DNA from: Synechococcus sp. UW140
Lineage (GTDB): Bacteria; Cyanobacteriota; Cyanobacteriia; PCC-6307; Cyanobiaceae
Direction of reading: 5' to 3'
Assembly: GCA_945877115.1 (NCBI GenBank)
Contig: CAMCQR010000002.1
Span: 148-64,147 of the forward strand
DNA: 64,000 nt
The position numbers and the translations under genes were made by a program. The notes beneath the pieces are model-generated. The model saw nothing but the letters and a program-made list of their open reading frames with translations. It had not been told where the DNA came from and did no database searches. The first letter of the stretch is position 1. Each line of letters starts with the position of its first letter. Below, piece by piece: positions 20,220 through 28,669 of this stretch.

Positions 20220-20794
20220 TGCGTGGTTATTCCCTTGGGCGGGTTGTGCCAATCTTGGGGCTTGGATTGGTCTTTTGGTGGCTGTGGCCTTGGATCCCGA
20301 TGCCGAAGGCAGGGGGCGGTCCCCAGGTCATCACCGTTTTTGTCGAGGATCCCTGGCGAACGTTCAGCGCCATCCAACTGCATCAAAGGCGACCGGGCTC
20401 CATTCTTGTCATGCAAGGATCCCAACGCTTTCAGGAGATCAACCGCAGTCAACTGGTGCGCTATGGGCAGTGGCCGCCTGCGATGGAGCCCCCTGTCATT
20501 CTCACCGCAGGTTGTGACACGTTTGGTCAATTGATTGCCCTGGCGCTCTGGTTGAAACAGAAACCGAACCATGGAGATGTCACCATTGTTACTAGTCCGG
20601 CCCATCTGGGGCGGGCCCTGGCAATTGGACGCATCGTTTTGGGCTCCCTGGGGTGGTCAGTTAGCGGGGTCAAAGCTGCCACAGGAGATAATCGGCCCGA
20701 AAAACCCTTGCGAACCGTCCGGGACCAGGTCCGCGCCCAGATCTGGCGGGCCACCCGCTGGAATCCCATTCCCGTGAATCGTCCCTGTCTGTGA
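20216..20794 (+). CDS. YdcF/ElyC (DUF218)-like protein with N-terminal membrane anchor
   Basis: N-terminal TM, then DTFGQ (aligning to the DUF218 'nT.en' motif) and IVTSPAHLGRA (the 'VTs..Hm.RA' motif). Confidence 0.65.
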   Translation: MMRGYSLGRVVPILGLGLVFWWLWPWIPMPKAGGGPQVITVFVEDPWRTFSAIQLHQRRPGSILVMQGSQRFQEINRSQLVRYGQWPPAMEPPVILTAGCDTFGQLIALALWLKQKPNHGDVTIVTSPAHLGRALAIGRIVLGSLGWSVSGVKAATGDNRPEKPLRTVRDQVRAQIWRATRWNPIPVNRPCL

Positions 20795-21711
20795 ACCAGC
20801 TCATTGCGCTGCTTTTGTTCTTTTCAGGCTTCCTGTCCTGGTTGTTGCTTTGGTGGCTCGTTCCGGTGCTGAGACAGCGCCTTCCTGATATCCCCAATGA
20901 CCGCAGTTCCCATCGTTCACCGACACCTCGCGGGGGCGGTCTGGCCTTTGTTGTGGTGGCTATTTCGCTGACTCCGCTCTTCGCTCAGGGGGCCAGTGCC
21001 TGGATTCCAGTTATTTGCGCACCCCTGGCTCTGGTTGGAGTTCTGGACGACCGTTTTAACCTGCCAGCATTATGGCGGTATCTGGCTCAACTCTGCACAG
21101 CACTGGCCCTCATGGCTGTAGCCACTTTGTCTTTGCCACTTTGGAGCTTGCCATTGGTCCTACTGGCGGTGACAGCAATCATCAATTTTTTCAATTTTAT
21201 GGATGGCCTTGATGGCCTTGTAGCGAGTTGTGGTGCTGTGTTGATGATGGCCTCAGGGCAATGGGTTCTTGCCGGTGCACTTTTGGGATTTTTGCTCTGG
21301 AATTGGAGTCCTGCCCGAATTTTCATGGGCGATGTTGGTAGCACATACTTGGGAGCAGTTTTTGCAGGGCTTGTTCTACAGAGGCCCCAACCACTTCAAT
21401 CCCTACTGCTTTTGTTGGTTGCCACACCCCTTTTGGCTGATGCATTGATTTGTGTCCTGAGGCGTTGGTACGCTGGCCAGCGGATTTTTCAAGCCCATCG
21501 CTTGCATCTTTACCAACGTCTTCACAGTGCTGGTTGGCCCCATGCCGCCGTAACCGTGCTGTATTTACTTCAGATTACTTTGTTGGCCTTGGGTTTCTGC
21601 TTGGGTCTCCCTCTGCCAATCATGTTTGCTGAGGTTTTGATGGTGTTGATGCTTGGGTGGTGGCTTGATCAAAATCAAGCATCCGCATTTTCAGGTGAAA
21701 ATGAAAAGTAG
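20791..21711 (+). CDS. MraY/WecA-family (WbpL-like) undecaprenyl-phosphate N-acetylhexosamine-1-phosphate transferase
   Basis: DIPNDRSSHRSPTPRGGGLA, LDDR, NFFNFMDGLDG, IFMGDVGS and AHRLHLYQRL motifs. Confidence 0.9.
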   Translation: MNQLIALLLFFSGFLSWLLLWWLVPVLRQRLPDIPNDRSSHRSPTPRGGGLAFVVVAISLTPLFAQGASAWIPVICAPLALVGVLDDRFNLPALWRYLAQLCTALALMAVATLSLPLWSLPLVLLAVTAIINFFNFMDGLDGLVASCGAVLMMASGQWVLAGALLGFLLWNWSPARIFMGDVGSTYLGAVFAGLVLQRPQPLQSLLLLLVATPLLADALICVLRRWYAGQRIFQAHRLHLYQRLHSAGWPHAAVTVLYLLQITLLALGFCLGLPLPIMFAEVLMVLMLGWWLDQNQASAFSGENEK

Positions 21712-21890
21712 GCATGCTACTATTTTCAGGAATGGTTTTGACGTTTCAGCCCCTTGCCTACGGTCATCCATTAGTGTGTTTTACATATTCACCCTCCAAT
21801 AAATGCATAAATTCCATTAAACGACCCAAAACAGCGTAGCCAAAGAACAAGACTTTAGTTTAATTTGCAAAGTCAGCGTGTAGACTGCCC

Positions 21891-23864
21891 ATGACTTTCA
21901 ACTTTCTCCCACCACCAGCCAAATCGCCAGAATTTCCCAAGGTCTCTTTCCTGTCTGGATCACCTTTATCTGAAACTCGTTTGCTCAGGTCTTCTAAATC
22001 CTTGGTCCTGCTGCGGCGTTTAGTGCTGCTTGGTTTCGACAGCCTTTTAATTGTGATTGCCTTTCTAGGCTCACTGCTTTTAGTCAGGTCGCCCGATACT
22101 CTCTTTTTTGCCACATCCAAACTACTCCCTTTAGGTGTGGTGAGTGGCCTTGCCGTCCTACTTTTTTCGGGCTGGTATCGAGGCTTGACCCGTTACGCCG
22201 GGAGTCATTCTCTTTATGGGTTGATTCCCAGAACTGGGACCATGGTCATTTTGATGATGGTATTCAGTTCTTTATTGTCCATCAATCTACCCCTTGGTTC
22301 CTGGTTTCTGTACTGGACTTTCTTTACTGGAGGCGCTATAGCTACTAGAATTATAATGCGTGACTTGTTAATACAGCAACTATCACGTCAAAATTTTATC
22401 CGATCTCCAGAACCCGAAGCCAATGTCACCATGATTTACGGTGCCGGTTCATCTGGAATGGCACTACTCACTGCTCTTCGTAATGATCCAAGATTTCGCA
22501 TTATTGGGTTTTTGGACGATGATTCTATTCTGCATGGTCGAACTCTCCAAAATCTACGCATTGATAATCCATCCCGTTTACCGGTGCTCATTGAGCGCCA
22601 TAAAGTGTGTAAGATTCTATTGGCCTTGCCTTCCGTATCCCGAGCTCGCAAACGTTTATTGGTCGATCAGTTGACCCGTTCTGGTCTTGAGGTTCTTTCG
22701 ATTCCCTCCCTATCTCAGTTGGCTGGTAAGGAGAGAATTGTCAGTGATCTTCAAACAGTCTCTATTGAAGATTTGTTAGGACGTGAACCTTCTAATCCAG
22801 ACCCTATGCTTCTTGAAGCAAGTGTATTGGGAAAAGTGGTTTTAGTTACCGGAGCAGGGGGGTCTATCGGTAGTGAGCTTTGTCGTCAAATCATTTCACT
22901 GGGAGCAGCTAAAATACTATTATTAGAGCAGAATGAATTTGCTCTTTATTCCATAGACAATGAACTGCGTTCCAAAAATAATACAATACCTGTCTACCCA
23001 ATTCTTGGGGACGTTAGTAATTCTAAGCCTTTAACCGCTCTTTGCATTAAGCACGGCGTTCAAACCTTATTTCATGCAGCAGCTTATAAGCATGTTCCTA
23101 TGGTTGAGTCGAATATATGTTCCGGAGTATCAAATAATATACGCTCGACTCGATCAGTCATTGATGCCGTTCTTGCAGCCCGTGTTGAAAGATTGACACT
23201 TATTTCTACTGATAAGGCAGTTAGGCCTACTAATGCCATGGGTGCAAGTAAGCGCATCTGTGAAATGATGATTCAATCTGCAGCTACTTCTTGCGGACCT
23301 AACGGCCCCGTCATGACGATGGTTAGATTTGGTAACGTGCTCGGATCTTCTGGATCAGTCATTCCACTATTTCATAAACAGATTTCCCTAGGAGGTCCGG
23401 TCACCGTTACCCATCCTGCGGTTACACGCTATTTTATGACAATCCCGGAGGCTGTTCAATTGGTTTTACAAGCAACTGGCATGGCCGAAGGAGGAGACTT
23501 GTTTCTCCTTGACATGGGCGAGCCAGTTAGAATTGCCGATCTTGCCCGTCAAATGATCGAATTATCTGGCCTTCGTTTACGAGATGAAAAAAACTCAGAC
23601 GGAGATATAGAAATTGAATATACTGGTTTGCGACCAGGTGAAAAATTATATGAAGAACTTTTAATCGATACCCAAGATCAGCCTACTCAGCATCCTTTAA
23701 TTCGACGCGCTTGTGAGCTTAACCCACCTGACAATCATCTTTTACCACTTTTAAAAGAGCTTGAAGATGCCCTAACTCGTTGGGATGAAAAAGATACAAG
23801 TGATTTGCTCGTAAAGCTGGTGCCAGAGTATCATCGTGAAAATCATGTCCACGAATCTAACTAA
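21891..23864 (+). CDS. capD: CapD/WbpM/PglF-family membrane-bound UDP-GlcNAc 4,6-dehydratase
   Basis: N-terminal TMs, then IYGAG, VTGAGGSIGSEL, HAAAYKHVP, STDKAVRPTNAMGASK, VRFGNVLGSSGSV, RYFMTIPEA and GLRPGEKLYEEL. Confidence 0.93.
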   Translation: MTFNFLPPPAKSPEFPKVSFLSGSPLSETRLLRSSKSLVLLRRLVLLGFDSLLIVIAFLGSLLLVRSPDTLFFATSKLLPLGVVSGLAVLLFSGWYRGLTRYAGSHSLYGLIPRTGTMVILMMVFSSLLSINLPLGSWFLYWTFFTGGAIATRIIMRDLLIQQLSRQNFIRSPEPEANVTMIYGAGSSGMALLTALRNDPRFRIIGFLDDDSILHGRTLQNLRIDNPSRLPVLIERHKVCKILLALPSVSRARKRLLVDQLTRSGLEVLSIPSLSQLAGKERIVSDLQTVSIEDLLGREPSNPDPMLLEASVLGKVVLVTGAGGSIGSELCRQIISLGAAKILLLEQNEFALYSIDNELRSKNNTIPVYPILGDVSNSKPLTALCIKHGVQTLFHAAAYKHVPMVESNICSGVSNNIRSTRSVIDAVLAARVERLTLISTDKAVRPTNAMGASKRICEMMIQSAATSCGPNGPVMTMVRFGNVLGSSGSVIPLFHKQISLGGPVTVTHPAVTRYFMTIPEAVQLVLQATGMAEGGDLFLLDMGEPVRIADLARQMIELSGLRLRDEKNSDGDIEIEYTGLRPGEKLYEELLIDTQDQPTQHPLIRRACELNPPDNHLLPLLKELEDALTRWDEKDTSDLLVKLVPEYHRENHVHESN

Positions 23865-23865
23865 A

Positions 23866-24807
23866 ATGGATCTTTCCTCAATTCCAATCAAATTAAAATC
23901 ATTCTGTTTGAGATATGTTCCTCCATTAACAGCGCGTAATTTGTGGCTGTTCATAGCAAGTGCTGTCGCAATCCAAAATATCGTTGTATTTTATACAAGT
24001 CAAAATGAATCAATGGCCGTATTTTCCGTCTTAATTTGGGGCGGTGCGGTCATCTGCATGGAAGATCTCATTGAAAAAGTGCACCCTCAGCCCAATCCCG
24101 CAATAGCTATCCTGGCCTCAATAATATTGTTATTTGTCTTATTAAGAACGTCGCTCATATTACATGCCGATGGTGTTCTATTCCTTTTAGCACCATTAGC
24201 TGCTGTTGCGCTGGTTCTATTAATCGAAAAACCACATTCTATATTTAAATTTCGAGATTCGCTTTTATGCATGCTTTTATTTCCTGCTAATGCGTTGCTA
24301 AATCGTGTCATACCTGAATATCCTATGAGCTTGCTCACGGCACGACTGTCTGCCTTTTGGTTGTCTATTTTAGGTTTAGATCCATTGGTTAATGGTCGAG
24401 AAGTACTTTTAGAAGGCGGAGGTGTCACTGTTTTGGGCGCATGCAACGGTCTTGATATGATTTCTCAAGTAATGTGTATATCATTTATTTTCTTACTTGC
24501 TTTTCGTTTAAGGTCGTTAACTTCACGAATTTTAATAACTTTGCTTGCCCCCTTAGTTGGATTGTTTTCAAACACACTTCGCATAGCCTTGCTCACAATA
24601 TTTAGTGCAAATGGTTCGGGTAAGGGCTATGGATTTTGGTTTGACTTCTTTCATAAGGATACAGGATCTTTAATTTTTTCAGGTCTAGCAGTTTTTATTT
24701 TTGGAACTATTTACATGAGATTTCTTGAGCACGAGCTTGGACCTGAATCTCTTATCGTTGAATCAAATCAAGATTCAACTCCTAATCAAGAAACAGGATC
24801 TTTATGA
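23866..24807 (+). CDS. crtA: Cyanoexosortase A-like (exosortase/archaeosortase family) membrane transpeptidase
   Basis: Multi-TM protein with the Cys-Arg-His triad: VTVLGACNGL, SNTLRIALL and FDFFHKDTGSLIFS. The ATG at 23866 follows the capD stop. 'crtA' here means cyanoexosortase A, not a carotenoid gene. Confidence 0.8.
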   Translation: MDLSSIPIKLKSFCLRYVPPLTARNLWLFIASAVAIQNIVVFYTSQNESMAVFSVLIWGGAVICMEDLIEKVHPQPNPAIAILASIILLFVLLRTSLILHADGVLFLLAPLAAVALVLLIEKPHSIFKFRDSLLCMLLFPANALLNRVIPEYPMSLLTARLSAFWLSILGLDPLVNGREVLLEGGGVTVLGACNGLDMISQVMCISFIFLLAFRLRSLTSRILITLLAPLVGLFSNTLRIALLTIFSANGSGKGYGFWFDFFHKDTGSLIFSGLAVFIFGTIYMRFLEHELGPESLIVESNQDSTPNQETGSL

Positions 24808-25457
24808 ATCTCAAAAGTTTTTACGGAATCTTGGCTTTGCTTTCAACAGTAGCGGCAACTCAGTCAATGATTTTTCCGCGTTGGCCAGATGCCTCAAAAA
24901 TTTCTACTGAAAAAATAGATCAATTCATGGCAAATATTTCTTCTAATGGGCACACTGTGAAACCTTCTACTACGCTAGGCAATCACTCAGATTATAACGT
25001 GTCCCACACATCTATAATTAGCTCAAAGATTAACTCTAATTCAGATCTATTATTTACTAACGTGCAAGTACGTGATCGAAAAGATCTTAGTGTTTCCCAT
25101 ATTACCGAGTCTATTAAATCACTTCAATTGACGAAGTCTGCCATTATGAGTAAGCAACCTCCTTATTTCCTATCTGATACACAACCATCGGGAACAACCT
25201 ATCAAACCTGCTTTGTTCAAGGTAATCCTTGGCCGTTTGGTTTGGCCGTCAATCAAGATACGCTAACTTTAGCCGTGGATCAAGCAAAGTCGCTCGAAAC
25301 TAATCTGGCAATTAAACGCTTTCTCGGTCTCAGTCCAAGTCGTAATTATCAATGCATTTTAATTACCCTTAAAACAACTTTGCCTATCAAAGAAGGCAAC
25401 CAAATGTGGCTTGACGTGCTTCATCAATTTCAAAATACATTTAACAATAAAAAGTAA
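24804..25457 (+). CDS. Cyanoexosortase-associated protein (EpsI-like partner)
   Basis: ATGA-coupled to the exosortase; N-terminal anchor. C-terminal TCFVQG...FLG...RNYQCILITL...W pattern resembles cyanoexosortase A-associated proteins, from memory. Confidence 0.6.
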   Translation: MNLKSFYGILALLSTVAATQSMIFPRWPDASKISTEKIDQFMANISSNGHTVKPSTTLGNHSDYNVSHTSIISSKINSNSDLLFTNVQVRDRKDLSVSHITESIKSLQLTKSAIMSKQPPYFLSDTQPSGTTYQTCFVQGNPWPFGLAVNQDTLTLAVDQAKSLETNLAIKRFLGLSPSRNYQCILITLKTTLPIKEGNQMWLDVLHQFQNTFNNKK

Positions 25458-25461
25458 ATTT

Positions 25462-26007
25462 ATGGCTTTTTGGAATAAACTACAAAAATTATCAAGCAAC
25501 TTGGATAAGCCTGTGCAGACACAGGATCCTCTATATACACAGCCTTTGATTTATAGTTGGATACTAAATAATCAATTGGCTATAGGACCAATGCCAAGAA
25601 GAACATTCCAATGGAATCAGCTAGAAGATGTAGGATTCAAGACCAGATTCAGCTGCTGCTATCCTCTGGAGAATGTATTTGCACCTATTCCGGCTGATTG
25701 GTTTTCTGCTAATGTTCCTTTGCCTGACCATAGAAAGCAGGAGGCCCTTGATATTGATAGACTAAGGTTAGCCTTGAATACTGCTGAAGAGTTAGTGATT
25801 AATTCAGCACCTGTATACTTACATTGCTTTGCTGGACAAGAAAGATCATCCTTATTGGCTGTTGGGTTAACAGCAAGGATTAAAAAGATTGATGTTTTTT
25901 CAGCATTAGAATGGGTAAGACGCTGTCATCCAATATCTGCACCAAGTTATGAATACCTTGAAATTTTGGAAAATATTTTAAAAACTGATTCAAGATTTCT
26001 AAATTAA
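25462..26007 (+). CDS. Dual-specificity protein phosphatase (Cys-based PTP)
   Basis: P-loop VYLHCFAGQERS (HCx5R), upstream PLPDH general-acid Asp and SALEWVRRCHP helix. Confidence 0.88.
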   Translation: MAFWNKLQKLSSNLDKPVQTQDPLYTQPLIYSWILNNQLAIGPMPRRTFQWNQLEDVGFKTRFSCCYPLENVFAPIPADWFSANVPLPDHRKQEALDIDRLRLALNTAEELVINSAPVYLHCFAGQERSSLLAVGLTARIKKIDVFSALEWVRRCHPISAPSYEYLEILENILKTDSRFLN

Positions 26008-26011
26008 GTTT

Positions 26012-28558
26012 TTAATTATCTTTATTGCGACGGAAAATTTTAGATATCCAATTATTTTTTTCTACTGACTTCTTGATACGATTAGATGTTGGCAATCCAT
26101 AGTTTGTAGGTTTTTCCGTTGATAGCTTATCTTTTTTGGCTTCAGTGGTACCAAGCCCTGCATCAATATAGCGCCCTATACCTGAATTGGTATAACGGTC
26201 TGAGTTGGGTGATGCTGACTTAGTCATGTACGAGTCACGATATCGCTTGATGTAATTGCTTATACCATATGATTTTGAACTTTGCTTGCCGTAACTATCT
26301 GTATATGCATAAGCATAGTGATAATAATATCCATATTCATAGCCGTAATCGTTGAGGCGGCTTGGGAAGTTGACTTGGTTGCAAATGATCCCCAAAAGAT
26401 CCACGCCAGTCGCTTTAATGCGACGTGCTGCTTGAGGTGCGAGATTGCGATTGACTTTTCCGAGGCCAACCAGAAAGAGTATGCCATCTAATTTTTCACC
26501 CAATAGAATTGGGTCAGATAGCATTAAACAGGGTGGTGCATCAAATAGAATAATGTCGTAATCAGACATTGCCCTTAACTCATTAATTACTTCGGCGCAC
26601 CTAGTGGAATTAAGAAGTTTGGCCGGGTCTGGTGGCTTAGGGCCGGCCGGCAGCACATCAAGATTATCTTGTAGGCTGATGATCAGTGAACTGATAGGAA
26701 TACTAGAGTCTGAAAGAACAGACGAAAAGCCTTCTCCTGAAGCCATTCCAAGATATCGTGCTTGCATCGGCAGACGCATGTCAGCATCTACAACGAGAAC
26801 TTTAAGGCCTAGGTCTGCTAATGTTCGTGCAAAAATACTTACTGATGTTGATTTGCCTTCACCTTGAGTTGAGGATGTAACTCCTACAAGTCTGATGTTA
26901 TGATCAGCCCTCAGTAGGCGAAAGGTTGTAAAGAGACTGCGTAAAGATTCTTTAATTGCAAATCTTTCGCTAGCAGACATTTTGGAAATACTTGTAGCAA
27001 TATCAACTCCCGGTTCTAGGGGTAGATAGGGTATCAAGCCTAGGACAGGAAGTTGTAATTCTTTTTCGGCTTCCATAGGAGTATGGAAAACGTTATCTGT
27101 TTTTTCACGAAGTATTGCAGCTCCAACACCAGAGAGCAACCCAAGCATTATGGCCTGTAAAAGATTCTTTTTGATGTCAGGCTGAACTGGAGTGTCTCCA
27201 AAGTTGGGGGGGGAAATTACTTGCCAAGGAGTGATAAAGCGTGATCGTTCAAGCTTATAATTTTCTTTAGCTCTTAGATAGGATGCATAGTTTTCTTTTG
27301 CGCTAGAAAGCTTTGAGACTATTTTTTCATATTCTCTTAGCATTTTAGGACTGTTTTTAAAATTTCGATTATATAACATAATTTGTCTATTTACTTCGTC
27401 TTGCTGAGATTTGTTGGCAAATAATTTGACTCGAATAGAGTCGGATTTTTGCGACTCTACCACTGGGATTAGGGCATTTTTCCTGGCTAAAATAGATTGT
27501 ACGATAGGGGAATCTTCTTTGTAGGTTGCCCTGGCTTGGGCAAGCTGTAATTCAAACTCGTTGAGCTGATCTGATGGCGTTTTAACATCATTTATATTTT
27601 CGGCTATTTTTTCTTGTCTTCCAGGAATCAGTGCGCTATTGTTGCCAAGTTGATTGATCGCTGATGGGGCTCCACTTGGAGTAAAGGTTAGGTAACCTGA
27701 CTCGACAGATTTGAGTTGACTTTCGAGTTGGGCTTGCTCAACTTGTAAGCTTTGCCACTCATTAGAAAGGGAATTGCGACGATTTTCTATCGTGGAGACA
27801 ACGGCAATTGGATCCACCATTTTATTGGCTTCACGGAAGCGGCTTAGTTGGGTTTCCAGTGAAGCAACTTCACGTAAAATTGCCGGCGCTTGTTGGTCAA
27901 GATATTTGACGCCCGAATCAAGGGTTGCTTGGCGCTGGGAGAGAGAAAAGGCTACATAATCGTTCGCTAATGCGGCAAGTACGGCTTTACCTTTGGTTGG
28001 ATCTGGCCAACGCAAATCCACTGTAATCACATTTGGAGCACCAGGAATAGTTTCCATATTGAGATTTTTGGCAATCTCTTCGCTCGATAGTCCAAGTCTG
28101 GTGGCAACGGGTGATATTAGATAGGGGCTGCGGAGAAGTACGATGAGACTGGGTACATCTATTCTCTGTTTATAACGTGCAATGGCTTCTAACTTCCCAC
28201 CGTCTCCAGCTACAGGCGAGCCGCCTTCGTCAAATGGGCTGCTGATTTGAAGCTGAAAAGCTCCTTGGTAAACGGGACTGAAAATCCTTTCGCGAATTGT
28301 GTTGACAGCAAGGGCACCTGATACAAGTGCAGATGTGAAAAGGAAAAGGGTTTGTCGGCGCTTGATGGTGCGCAGAATATTTTGAATTCCACCTTCTCTG
28401 CCATCGCCAGCCAAAGGCGACATACCTTGTTGGAGTTGTTCAGTGGGGCCGCCTTCCAGGGATCGGGTACCCATTGGCACCAGTCCATCTAAAGTAGGGT
28501 CGCCCCCAGGCGCTGGAAGCAGGGGGGCACCGGCTCGGGTCACGGCATTTCGTTTCAA
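26012..28558 (-). CDS. wzc: Wzc / GumC-family polysaccharide co-polymerase tyrosine kinase
   Basis: Two TMs flank a coiled-coil periplasmic domain. Walker A TQGEGKST, VDADMR, Walker B ILFDAPP and Tyr cluster DYGYEYGYYYHYAYAY are present. Confidence 0.92.
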   Translation of the reverse strand: MKRNAVTRAGAPLLPAPGGDPTLDGLVPMGTRSLEGGPTEQLQQGMSPLAGDGREGGIQNILRTIKRRQTLFLFTSALVSGALAVNTIRERIFSPVYQGAFQLQISSPFDEGGSPVAGDGGKLEAIARYKQRIDVPSLIVLLRSPYLISPVATRLGLSSEEIAKNLNMETIPGAPNVITVDLRWPDPTKGKAVLAALANDYVAFSLSQRQATLDSGVKYLDQQAPAILREVASLETQLSRFREANKMVDPIAVVSTIENRRNSLSNEWQSLQVEQAQLESQLKSVESGYLTFTPSGAPSAINQLGNNSALIPGRQEKIAENINDVKTPSDQLNEFELQLAQARATYKEDSPIVQSILARKNALIPVVESQKSDSIRVKLFANKSQQDEVNRQIMLYNRNFKNSPKMLREYEKIVSKLSSAKENYASYLRAKENYKLERSRFITPWQVISPPNFGDTPVQPDIKKNLLQAIMLGLLSGVGAAILREKTDNVFHTPMEAEKELQLPVLGLIPYLPLEPGVDIATSISKMSASERFAIKESLRSLFTTFRLLRADHNIRLVGVTSSTQGEGKSTSVSIFARTLADLGLKVLVVDADMRLPMQARYLGMASGEGFSSVLSDSSIPISSLIISLQDNLDVLPAGPKPPDPAKLLNSTRCAEVINELRAMSDYDIILFDAPPCLMLSDPILLGEKLDGILFLVGLGKVNRNLAPQAARRIKATGVDLLGIICNQVNFPSRLNDYGYEYGYYYHYAYAYTDSYGKQSSKSYGISNYIKRYRDSYMTKSASPNSDRYTNSGIGRYIDAGLGTTEAKKDKLSTEKPTNYGLPTSNRIKKSVEKNNWISKIFRRNKDN

Positions 28559-28669
28559 ATCCTACCGACTCTAGGCCCAACTCGGGACCAAAGTGCTGCG
28601 TTGGTGATCGCTTTCGCTTTCGGCCTCAGACTCTCCAGTTGTTATCGGTTAAGGTTCCCCAACGAACCT

